Shown here: one piece after another, positions 19,904 through 28,635 of the stretch
Layout of the letters: the number at the start of each line of letters is the position of its first letter
Position numbering within the stretch: the first letter of the stretch is position 1
Source of the DNA: an uncultured Chloroflexia bacterium
Lineage (GTDB): Bacteria > Chloroflexota > Chloroflexia > QHBQ01 > JADMIH01
NCBI GenBank assembly: GCA_963797095.1
Contig: CAWCNY010000005.1
Span: 256,001-320,000 of the forward strand
DNA length: 64,000 bases
Direction: 5' to 3'
Notes under the pieces: generated by a model
Told to the model about the DNA's origin: nothing
Databases searched by the model: none
What the model saw: only the letters and a program-made list of their open reading frames with translations
Translations under genes and position numbers: made by a program

Positions 19904-20996
19904 ATCTCCCCACCAAGCTAGCCAGCAACGCGTTCTGCGCGTACATCCGGTTCGCCGCCTCCTGAACCACGATGCTGGCCGGGCTATCGAGCACACCATC
20001 CGTAACTTCCACGTTGCGGCGAGTGGGCAGGCAGTGCATGAACCGCCCGCTGTTCGTAAGCGCCATGATCTCCTCGTTCACGATCCAGTGCTTCAACCCT
20101 TCGCGGATTGCCTTTTCAGCCTCCCAATCCCCGTAATGACTGATCGCGCCCCAACTCTTGGCGCAAATCACTTCAGCCCCCTGCGCAGCCTGCGTCATAT
20201 CATGGCTGATCGTCAGCGAGCCTCCCGCCTGCGCGGCTCTCGCATGGGCCGTCGCCATCACATCCGCGTCCAGGTCCCAACCTTCGGGAAACGCCAGCGT
20301 AACATCACAACCCATATCGCAAGCGGCCAGCAATTGCGAATGAGGCGTGGCGGTGGGCAATGCCTTAGGGTGATTTGCCCACGTCAGCACATACTTCTTC
20401 CCCTGCGTCTGCCCAAGTTGCTCCCTCAATGTAAGAGCATCCCCCAATCCCTGGCATGGGTGGAACGCGTTCGATTCCAGGTTGATTACGGGCACGGAAG
20501 CGTACTTCGCGAAGCTTCTCACAATCGTATCCTTGCGCGCCTCCTCCCACGTTGCCGACGAATTGCTCGTCTTGCCACTCGTAGTAATCAACTCGCTCGA
20601 TCTTACTCCTAGCGCGTCGCAATATTCGGCCAGCACCGGAGCGGCCTCCTTGATGTGCTCCTGCGTCGCCCCGTTCATCACCACCCCATCCTCAAACTCG
20701 AACACATACGTCCCCGACAGATCGAGCGCCGTCCCGCCCATTCGAGCTATCCCGGCACCAAGCGATGTCTTGGTCCGAAGTGAAGGGTTGAAGAACACCA
20801 TCCCAACCACAATTCCCCGCAACAATTGTCGCCCATACCCCTCCTGCTTCAAGCTCAAGGCCCGCTCCACAAGCTCAACAAACGCCTCCTGCGGCATCTC
20901 GGCACTATTGAGATAATCTTTCCCGGCGAAGGAATATGCCCCTTGCGCGCCCTGGTTCGCATTGATCTGTTCTATAGTATCTGTAATCGCAACCAT
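19899..20996 (-). CDS. argF: N-acetyl(acyl)ornithine carbamoyltransferase (ArgF')
   Basis: 'FFNPSLRT', 'EHIKEAAPVL', 'HPCQ', 'YVLTWANHPK', 'KSWG', 'HCLPTRRN': AOTCase/SOTCase signatures rather than canonical OTCase. Confidence 0.88.
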   Translation of the reverse strand: MVAITDTIEQINANQGAQGAYSFAGKDYLNSAEMPQEAFVELVERALSLKQEGYGRQLLRGIVVGMVFFNPSLRTKTSLGAGIARMGGTALDLSGTYVFEFEDGVVMNGATQEHIKEAAPVLAEYCDALGVRSSELITTSGKTSNSSATWEEARKDTIVRSFAKYASVPVINLESNAFHPCQGLGDALTLREQLGQTQGKKYVLTWANHPKALPTATPHSQLLAACDMGCDVTLAFPEGWDLDADVMATAHARAAQAGGSLTISHDMTQAAQGAEVICAKSWGAISHYGDWEAEKAIREGLKHWIVNEEIMALTNSGRFMHCLPTRRNVEVTDGVLDSPASIVVQEAANRMYAQNALLASLVGRW

Positions 20997-21016
20997 CTTT
21001 TACCTCCTATCCCTTT

Positions 21017-22090
21017 TCAGGCCACCACTTTCTCTATAACCCGCTCCTGGACCAACCCCGCGCCCTGCCCGAAAAGCTTGCCCTCAACAAGATCGGCAAG
21101 CAGGGCAGGCTGAGTGCGCCCATTGGCGGCAGCCTGCCCGAACCTTTGCCTGATGTAATCCACCCCCGCGCTATTGTCGGTGGCGGGTCCCGAAATACAG
21201 TCAACCTCAAGCCCGAACTGCCCCAGGTAGATCAGTCCACCCCAGGCCGCCACCAGGTCGTTTGCGCACAGCACGTGAGTCTTCACATGCCCCATCAACT
21301 CTCGGTCCTGAAGCAGCAGGTCCACCCCGTAGTGCCCCATGATCCCATCTCCAAACTCCACCACAATCGCATCGGGGTGAGTTTCAGCGAGCGCCGCCAG
21401 TATCCCCTTAGCCGCGGGCACCACGCACTCGTCGGTGTGTGTCGTTGAAGGCAACCCTGCGTCGCTGAAGCTCATAGCGGCAATAGCGCCGTGGTCCTGC
21501 ATGTTGAGCAGGTCGCGCTGGGTCGCCACGCCCGCCAGCTTGGCCGCCGCCAGCCTGTAGCCGCGTCCCGCCAGCACCCGGATGATCTCGCACGCCGCCG
21601 TTGTCTTTCCCGAATTCATGCAAGTACCCGACAACAGCACAATGGGCGGCGATTGGGGCAGGCTGGCGCTCCACGGCACGCCATAGCTGCTCAAGTTGGC
21701 GGGGTGCCCGTCCACCACCGCCGTCCCCACGACCCGTACCCGCAAAGGGTGGCCGAAATCAGCGTTGGCTGAGCTACAGCGCCCGAGCACTCCGCCCATA
21801 TTCAGAACGTGCAAAATATCGCCGGGAGCCACCTGCGCGGGTATCGAGCCAACAAACCCCTTCAATGCCTGCCGCTCCCCAAGCACGCCCGCGATCAGGT
21901 CGCCTTTGATGATGCGGGCCATCCGCCCGCCCACCAGTTCAAGCTCCCCATACACCGACTTCTCCTCCAGCGCCTCCACGACCACCACCTCACCCCGTTC
22001 CGCCGCGATAGAAGGCGCTATCTCCACTTCCACAGGGAGATTCACCCTGCCTGTAACAGAGGCGATCTTGTCAAGGTTGATCTTCATCAC
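21017..22090 (-). CDS. Uncharacterised P-loop protein, DUF1611-like
   Basis: 'SGTCMNSGKTT', 'AAKLAGVA..RD...M.D.GA', 'FSDAGLPST', 'VVEFGDG'. Start overlaps the argG stop (ATGA/GTGA). Confidence 0.7.
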   Translation of the reverse strand: MMKINLDKIASVTGRVNLPVEVEIAPSIAAERGEVVVVEALEEKSVYGELELVGGRMARIIKGDLIAGVLGERQALKGFVGSIPAQVAPGDILHVLNMGGVLGRCSSANADFGHPLRVRVVGTAVVDGHPANLSSYGVPWSASLPQSPPIVLLSGTCMNSGKTTAACEIIRVLAGRGYRLAAAKLAGVATQRDLLNMQDHGAIAAMSFSDAGLPSTTHTDECVVPAAKGILAALAETHPDAIVVEFGDGIMGHYGVDLLLQDRELMGHVKTHVLCANDLVAAWGGLIYLGQFGLEVDCISGPATDNSAGVDYIRQRFGQAAANGRTQPALLADLVEGKLFGQGAGLVQERVIEKVVA

Positions 22091-23385
22091 TCCTCACCTC
22101 CATTCGAATGCGAAGCCTGGAATACTGGCTGGCCGATTTCAACCTGGCCCAAATCGCCCTTCTTTGGCACATCCAATCCAGAATTACGCACTCTTTGAGC
22201 CAGCACGCTCTGCAACCCATACAGCTTGCTGAATGCCGCCGCCTCCGCACCCGTCCATGCCTTGTTCGTCTCGCCATACGTCCCGACCTTGCGGTCCAAC
22301 ATCGAATACTGGCTCCGGCACCCCAGTACCTGCATATGCCCTTTGTAAAGGTTCACCCGCACGTCGCCCGTAACGGTGCTCTGACTGCTGTCGATCATCG
22401 CCTCTATATCACGCATCACCGGGTCAAAATAGAGACCTTCGTGCAGCATATTCCCGTATACATCGGCAAGGTGGTCCTTCCAGAATTGCTGCTGCTTGGT
22501 CAGCACCAGTTTCTCCAACTCTTTATGCGCCGTGATAGCGATCAATGCAGCCGGGGCCTCGAACGCCACCCGCCCCTTCAGTCCCAGTATCGTGTTGCCC
22601 AGGTGCATCCCCCGGCCAACGCCGTGCTTCGCGCCAACGTCAGCCAGTGCAACCATCAACTCCACAGGCCCCAGGGGTACGCCATCCAGCGCCACCGGCA
22701 ACCCCTCATCAAACGTCAGCGTAATAACCTCTGCCTGGTCAGGGGCATCCTGCGCCGCCATCGTATCCACAAACGCTTCATCGGGCGGGAAATCCCACGA
22801 GTTGAGCGTTTCCACCCCACCTATCGTGGTGCCGAGCATCCCCTTGTTGATCGAATACCTGCCCGTCTTCTCCTCAACCGTGAAACCATACGACGTGAGA
22901 TACTCCACCTCTCCAGCGCGTTGCGCCCCCAGGTCGCGTATGGGCGTGACAATCTCGGCCTCCGGCATAAGGGCTTTGATCGCCAGGTCGAACCGCACCT
23001 GGTCGTTCCCGGCCCCCGTCGAGCCGTGCGCGATGGCCGCCGCCCCATACTCCCGCGCCACCTCCACCACATGCATAGCCTGCACCAATCGCTCGGGTCC
23101 CGCGCACAGCGGATACACCCCCCCTCGCAGCACGTTCCCCTTGATGATGTAGCCCACAACAAGGTCCCACAGTGCTTCTCTACCGTCAATATTGTGGTGT
23201 GCCGCCGCTCCCAACTCACGAGAGCGAGCGCTTATCTTCTCCAACTCCGCAGGGCTAAACCCTCCCGTGTCAACCGTGACCGTAACCACCCGGTATCCCT
23301 GCTCTTTCAACCAGGGAACACAAAAGGAGGTATCGAGTCCGCCCGAAAAGGCAAGCACCGCGATTGGCGTCTTCAAGTTGTTCAT
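22087..23385 (-). CDS. argG: Argininosuccinate synthase
   Basis: 'LAFSGGLDTS', 'HGSTGAGNDQVRF', 'KGRVAFEAPA'. ATG 23385 after GGAGGAG. Confidence 0.95.
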   Translation of the reverse strand: MNNLKTPIAVLAFSGGLDTSFCVPWLKEQGYRVVTVTVDTGGFSPAELEKISARSRELGAAAHHNIDGREALWDLVVGYIIKGNVLRGGVYPLCAGPERLVQAMHVVEVAREYGAAAIAHGSTGAGNDQVRFDLAIKALMPEAEIVTPIRDLGAQRAGEVEYLTSYGFTVEEKTGRYSINKGMLGTTIGGVETLNSWDFPPDEAFVDTMAAQDAPDQAEVITLTFDEGLPVALDGVPLGPVELMVALADVGAKHGVGRGMHLGNTILGLKGRVAFEAPAALIAITAHKELEKLVLTKQQQFWKDHLADVYGNMLHEGLYFDPVMRDIEAMIDSSQSTVTGDVRVNLYKGHMQVLGCRSQYSMLDRKVGTYGETNKAWTGAEAAAFSKLYGLQSVLAQRVRNSGLDVPKKGDLGQVEIGQPVFQASHSNGGEE

Positions 23386-23426
23386 ATCTCTCCTCCGTGA
23401 CATCGGACAGCCTGTTTTTGGGCAAC

Positions 23427-23685
23427 AAAAAACCCTCGTCCCAAGCAAGGGACGAGAGTCAAGTTACTCCCGTGGTGCCACCCTCATTGTCACATTTATG
23501 GCCTGTGACCGCTCGTGGTTATTGCTTGCATGGTGACCAACCACCCTCTCCTACTTGCGCGTCATTGACACTTTCTTCGGTAGGCCGCTCCGCGGCGCGT
23601 TCGCTACAACAGGTCCGTCGGGCTTCCACCATCCCCAATTCGCTAAGGTCCCGGCTACAGCTACTATTCCACTTCAACACGGGCA
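23427..23685 (-). ncRNA. T-box riboswitch with Arg (CGC) specifier, including terminator
   Basis: Stem I motifs (AGTAG, AGCGA, GGTGGAA), specifier GAA-CGC at 23602-23597, T-box AATGAGGGTGGCACCACGG at 23488-23470, terminator CTCGTCCC/GGGACGAG followed by TTTTTT. Confidence 0.9.
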
Positions 23686-23806
23686 TTGCGGCATCAGCCG
23701 CTATTCGATTATCCCATAGTTTAGCATACGGCTAATAACCCGTCAAGTGGCAAACTGAACAAAACAGGGCGATTGCAAAGTCGGTAGTTGGCGTACCAGA
23801 GTGGAT

Positions 23807-23837
23807 TTGTCATTCTGAACGAAGTAAAGAATGACAA
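23807..23837. repeat. REP-like palindrome
   Basis: TTGTCATTCT-11 nt-AGAATGACAA. A related GTCATCC/GGATAAC remnant lies near 32255. Confidence 0.6.
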
Positions 23838-24034
23838 GACGTAAACTCGTAGCATTCCCTGGCATTCCCTATGCTCTCTACATGACCTTGCCTGCCAAGC
23901 AAAACGGTGAGTAGGCTATCTCCTCAACAGCCTCCTAACCATGGACCCACCCCTCCCTTATGATAAAATAGAGCAGACCATATCAATCGCCACTATGCAT
24001 CGTCTTTCGTCCGTCGTCCAAAAGGGATACCACC

Positions 24035-24868
24035 ATCAACCCTGATACCCTGACCCACAGCACAAAGCTGCAAAACACTATAGCCGGGCGCTTCAAGGGC
24101 CTCATCCTCGATATGGACGGCGTTCTCTATCGAGGCCAGCAGGCCCTCCCAGGCGCGCAGGACCTCTTCCGCGCTTTACGCGCCAACGCCCTATCCTTTA
24201 TACTACTTACCAACAACGCCACGCTCACCGCGCAGGACTTCTCGAAAAAGCTGGCGCGTATGGAGATTGAAGTCGAACCCGACTGCATACTAACTTCGGC
24301 GGGAGCCACCGCCATCTACATCGAAAGAACCTACCCGGATGGTGGCACAGTCTATGTCCTGGGTGAGCAGGGATTAGTCACCTACATCTCCTGTATGCCC
24401 CACTTTCGCCTCGGCGATGACCACCCCGATCTTGTGGTCGTTGGCCTCGACTACGATTTCGACTACACGGCCATGCGCAAATCATGCACAGCCATCCGGC
24501 AAGGTGCCCATTTCGTCGCCACCAACGCCGACGCCACCCTGCCCGTTGAAGGTGGCGAGCTTTGGCCGGGAGCAGGCAGCATCGTATCGTCCATCCAGAC
24601 CTGCTCCGGTGTAGCGCCCACCGTGATCGGCAAGCCCAACGTCTACATGGCCGACATGGCCCTCGAAAGACTGGGCCTCCCCGCCGACAGGGTCCTCTGC
24701 GTAGGCGACAGGCTTGAGACCGATATCCTCTGCGGTGCAAGAGCGGGCATACCCACCGCTCTCGTCCTCACCGGCGTCTCCAGCCGCACCGACATAGAGC
24801 ATGCCGAAGCTGCCCCCGATTACATTTTCGAAGACCTGCCCGACCTGATGCGGGCAATGGAGATATGA
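24035..24868 (+). CDS. HAD-IIA (NagD-like) phosphatase, probable non-canonical start
   Basis: 'LILDMDGVL', 'LTNN', 'IGKPN', 'VGDRLETDI'. Motif I begins upstream of the first ATG (24113); ATC at 24035 follows AAGGGA. Confidence 0.85.
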   Translation: MNPDTLTHSTKLQNTIAGRFKGLILDMDGVLYRGQQALPGAQDLFRALRANALSFILLTNNATLTAQDFSKKLARMEIEVEPDCILTSAGATAIYIERTYPDGGTVYVLGEQGLVTYISCMPHFRLGDDHPDLVVVGLDYDFDYTAMRKSCTAIRQGAHFVATNADATLPVEGGELWPGAGSIVSSIQTCSGVAPTVIGKPNVYMADMALERLGLPADRVLCVGDRLETDILCGARAGIPTALVLTGVSSRTDIEHAEAAPDYIFEDLPDLMRAMEI

Positions 24869-24894
24869 TCATAGCCCGAAGGAGAAGTGCAAAC

Positions 24895-25278
24895 ATGAAA
24901 CAGCGCGTACTCACAGATCATGCCCCGGCCAGCATCGGCCCCTATTCACAGGCCATAATCGTCAATGGCATGGTCTACACAGCCGGCCAGGTCGGGATCG
25001 ATCCCGTCACTGGCAGACTTGTTGAGGGTGGGATCGAAGAAGAAACCCGCCGCGTACTCGACAACGTCAAAGCCGTATTGGAGGCCGCAGGCAGCTCCCT
25101 CGACAAAGTGGTCAAGACAACCGTCTTCCTCTCCTACCTGGGCAACTTCGCCACTGTTAACGGCATCTACGGCCAGTATTTCAACACTGACACACCACCC
25201 GCCCGCTCCACCGTCCAGGTGGCGGCCCTACCCCTCGGCGCGATGATCGAGATCGAAACCATCGCCACCCTCGACTGA
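24895..25278 (+). CDS. ridA: RidA/YjgF enamine-imine deaminase
   Basis: 'APASIGPYSQA', 'VVKTTVFL', 'PARSTVQVAALP', 'IEIE'. SD AAGGAG. Confidence 0.93.
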   Translation: MKQRVLTDHAPASIGPYSQAIIVNGMVYTAGQVGIDPVTGRLVEGGIEEETRRVLDNVKAVLEAAGSSLDKVVKTTVFLSYLGNFATVNGIYGQYFNTDTPPARSTVQVAALPLGAMIEIETIATLD

Positions 25279-25294
25279 CCCAAAAGAGATAAGC

Positions 25295-26152
25295 ATGGCC
25301 GTCAAAGAAGAAGAGATATCCGAACAGGCCCAAAAGTCTTTCCAATTCGACTACGAAGACGCCCGCACCGTCGAAGGGCGCGGCGCTCTGCGCACCAACT
25401 CGCGTGACCTCGCAGCCCTCCGCCTGGGCCGCGCCCTTCAGGCTATCAAAGGCCATACCGGCCAGCTCCTTGAGATCGGTTGCGGCGCTGGCCGTTATCT
25501 GCGCGCCTTCAAACACTACCGCCCCGACCTCGACCTTCACGGTTGCGACATCTCCCACATAGCCCTCGCCGAAGCCGAAGCCGCCGACCCCAACCGGGAA
25601 ATCGATTATAAACCGGGCGATGCCCTCAACCTCCCCTACGAAGACAACTCTTTCGATATAGTCCTCCTATTCGATGTGTTCGAGCATGTAACCGACGTAG
25701 GCAAAGCCGCCGACGAGGTGGCCCGTGTCCTCAAGCCCGGCGGTGTCTTCCACTGCTTCGTGCCCTGCGAGGGCAACCACCGCACCATCTTCTCCATCCT
25801 GCGCAACAACCGCTACATACCCATCCATCGCTGGAAGCGCGACCACATCGGCCATATACAAATCCTGACCACCAGGGCCATGCAGGGCATCCTCGAAAGG
25901 CGCGGACTCAAAGTCACGGGCACCACCTTCTCATTCCACATCCTCGGCCAGGTCCACGACGTATTCGACTACTGGCAGCGCGAAGTCCTCTCCCGCGATT
26001 GGGTGCCAAACTGGCAAAAAACCATAGTCAGAGCGGTCAGTAAGGCCGTCTTCATCCCAACCTGGCGCTTAGCCTACTACGAAGACACCCTCTTCAAGAA
26101 CACTCCCGCCGCCATAGGTGTTCACCTCACGTGCATCAAGCGAAAGGCATAA
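25295..26152 (+). CDS. Class I SAM-dependent methyltransferase
   Basis: 'LEIGCGAG', 'GDALNLPYEDNSFD', 'VLKPGG'. Confidence 0.88.
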   Translation: MAVKEEEISEQAQKSFQFDYEDARTVEGRGALRTNSRDLAALRLGRALQAIKGHTGQLLEIGCGAGRYLRAFKHYRPDLDLHGCDISHIALAEAEAADPNREIDYKPGDALNLPYEDNSFDIVLLFDVFEHVTDVGKAADEVARVLKPGGVFHCFVPCEGNHRTIFSILRNNRYIPIHRWKRDHIGHIQILTTRAMQGILERRGLKVTGTTFSFHILGQVHDVFDYWQREVLSRDWVPNWQKTIVRAVSKAVFIPTWRLAYYEDTLFKNTPAAIGVHLTCIKRKA

Positions 26153-26196
26153 TCGGCCCTCCGCGCAGCACGACCTCACTCCCCGGTCAATTCCCG

Positions 26197-27057
26197 ATGT
26201 CCTTCAAACTCCTCAATCCGAAATCAGCAATTGCCCTCCTCGCGGCCCTTGCCATCCTGGTCGCCGGCTGGGTCCTGCCCCTCCCACGTCTTGTCCTCGG
26301 CCAGGAGGAAGAGGCCGCCACCCGCATGCCCCAGACCGTCGCAGGCGTCGCACAAGCCCGTAGCGACTTCGATCAGGCTCAAGCCAGCTACAAGGGATAT
26401 ATCGCGACACACGACGTTGGCGCTGCCCTCGATACTTTGGAACAGAACATCGAGGCAGCCCAGGCCGACCCCGCAGATCAAACCCTGCGCAATGCCGTCG
26501 GCGCTTCATCCCAACCCGTCCGCGCCTATCTCTCCCAGTTGCAGACCTACGCCACCACAGGCGATGCCTATTTCGATCAGCTAAAGTATTTTGACGACGA
26601 GTTAATGGCCTGGACCCGCTCCCTCGGTGCCGACAGCGAGTCCCTGCGGGCCGACACCTGGCCCATCGTCGAATACCTTAAGCTCTACCCACCCCCCACC
26701 GGGCTAGACACCGATTACACATCTATGTCAGCCTCCGATGTGACCGCAATCTCAGGCCACCTGCGCGCTTTCGGACCAACCACCGACCTTTCAACCTATA
26801 AGCAGGTCATAGCTGACACCCGCGCCGCCGGGCGCTCCATAGAACACATCGAGAGCCTGCACGCCCAGTACGAATCTCACCTTCAAACCTACCTCACCAG
26901 GCTCCAGGCCGTGGCCTCAGGAACGGCCACCTCATTATCCTCAGGCAGAGCCACTTTCGCGTTCGGTGCGAATATCTTGATCGCTCTCGCCCTCCTCGCC
27001 GGGCTGGCTGCCCTCTTCCTGCCCCGAATCCGCTCGGCCAACGAGGCCACACCTTGA
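26197..27057 (+). CDS. Hypothetical helical protein anchored at both termini
   Basis: N- and C-terminal TM segments; stop overlaps the next start. Confidence 0.65.
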   Translation: MSFKLLNPKSAIALLAALAILVAGWVLPLPRLVLGQEEEAATRMPQTVAGVAQARSDFDQAQASYKGYIATHDVGAALDTLEQNIEAAQADPADQTLRNAVGASSQPVRAYLSQLQTYATTGDAYFDQLKYFDDELMAWTRSLGADSESLRADTWPIVEYLKLYPPPTGLDTDYTSMSASDVTAISGHLRAFGPTTDLSTYKQVIADTRAAGRSIEHIESLHAQYESHLQTYLTRLQAVASGTATSLSSGRATFAFGANILIALALLAGLAALFLPRIRSANEATP

Positions 27058-28586
27058 TCTCCCCCACGCAGGCCCAACCCGAATCCACCCCCCCAACTTC
27101 CGACCCAACACAGTCCGCCCTCTTCTACAGGCTAGCCCAATCCGACGCGGCCGTGCTAACAGCCATGCTCCTCTCGCTCGGCCTTTACTACATCGTGCCG
27201 GGCCTTCTCTCGGCCGCCGTCGGAGGCGCGCTCTTCTTCGCCCTCGCCCTGTACCGCCCCAATCTCAGCCTCATTACCGTGCCGCTTGCCGCCCCCCTCT
27301 TTTACAGGCAGCGCCCATTCACTATCTCACCCGACCACACCCTCTACTTCTCCCTCGCCGAGTTCATCATCCTCGCCAACGTTGGCGCATGGGTCCTCCG
27401 CGACGCCTGGACCTTCCTCCGCTTTCGCTTCCGGAATAAACGCTCGCAACACTCGAATACAGCACCCGCTCCCCAATTCCGCGACCTCCAAATCTGGGTC
27501 CGAAACCCCACCGTCCTGCTCGCCTCTTCCTTCCTCATAATAGGGGTGCTCTGGCTCTTCGTCCCACCCAACATTATCCGCAACATCGCCCTCCGCGAGT
27601 TCAGGGTAACGGTACTTGAGCCTGTGCTCTTCTTCGCCCTCATACTTCGATGGATGCGCACCCCCTCAGACGTCTGGCGCATGGTAGGAGCATGGCTGAT
27701 AACCGCTGCCCTCGTCGGACGCGAAGCGGTCGAGCAATACCTGTTCGGCGAGGCCGCCCTCATGGAAGGCGTGGGCCGCGCCACCTCGGTATTCCCCAGC
27801 GCCACCGCCCTCGGCATCTACCTGGGCAAAGCCCTCCCAGTCGGCATCGTGCTCGCCATCCTCCTCCCACCCGCCTGGCGCTTCCGGAAAATAGCCGCTG
27901 CCCTCCTCTCCCTGGTCATCGGCCTCGGTGTGGTCGTCAGCTTCGCTCGCGGCGCGTGGATCGGCGTCTTCATCGCCCTCGCGGTGATAGCCCTCATAAC
28001 GCGCAACAAATGGATATTTGCCGGATTGGGCGCTGTTATTCTCGCGGGCCTTGCCTCCATCCCCTTCATCAATGTAACGCGCATCACCTCCATGTTCGAC
28101 TTCACCACGGAGGACAACACAGGCGTTGCCCGCGCCAAAATCTGGACCGCCGCCCTCAAAATCATAGGCGACCACCCGTTCACCGGCATCGGCCAGGACC
28201 AGTTCCTCTACCAGGACCCAAAGTACGGCGTCCCACAGCTACGCTTCTTCACCACCTCCCACCCCCACGACTGGATACTCGATTTCTGGCTCCGCCTCGG
28301 ACTCCCCGGCCTTCTATGGCTTCTCGCCACTCTCGCCTACTTCTTCCGCCAGACCTACCTCCTCTGGACCCGCCTAGCAGGCACAGCCGCAGGCGCGCTG
28401 GTCCTCGCCCTCATGGCCTCCATGATCGACTTCACCACCCACGGCCTGGTAGACATGGCCTACTTCACAATGGACTCCGCCCTCACCTTCTGGCTAACCG
28501 TAGGCCTCGTAACAATCCTCCAAAATCAACACCGCACCCAAACCAACAAAAGAGGGCAGGGAACAATCCCCACCCTCCAAACATAA
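27054..28586 (+). CDS. O-antigen ligase/Wzy_C-family polytopic membrane protein
   Basis: About 12 TM segments, 'SFARGAWIG', 'R..IW..A...I.DHPFTGIG', 'SHPHDW'. Confidence 0.85.
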   Translation: MISPTQAQPESTPPTSDPTQSALFYRLAQSDAAVLTAMLLSLGLYYIVPGLLSAAVGGALFFALALYRPNLSLITVPLAAPLFYRQRPFTISPDHTLYFSLAEFIILANVGAWVLRDAWTFLRFRFRNKRSQHSNTAPAPQFRDLQIWVRNPTVLLASSFLIIGVLWLFVPPNIIRNIALREFRVTVLEPVLFFALILRWMRTPSDVWRMVGAWLITAALVGREAVEQYLFGEAALMEGVGRATSVFPSATALGIYLGKALPVGIVLAILLPPAWRFRKIAAALLSLVIGLGVVVSFARGAWIGVFIALAVIALITRNKWIFAGLGAVILAGLASIPFINVTRITSMFDFTTEDNTGVARAKIWTAALKIIGDHPFTGIGQDQFLYQDPKYGVPQLRFFTTSHPHDWILDFWLRLGLPGLLWLLATLAYFFRQTYLLWTRLAGTAAGALVLALMASMIDFTTHGLVDMAYFTMDSALTFWLTVGLVTILQNQHRTQTNKRGQGTIPTLQT

Positions 28587-28635
28587 ACCAAACCCTTCCG
28601 ACAACCAGGAACCAGGAACACTCGTCACTCGTCCC

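Noticed and set aside
22108-23400. Long antisense ORFs (e.g. 430 aa opposite argG, 311 aa opposite the DoxX gene, 301 aa at 7544-8449)
   Set aside because: Shadow frames typical of high-GC coding DNA, with no motifs or SD.
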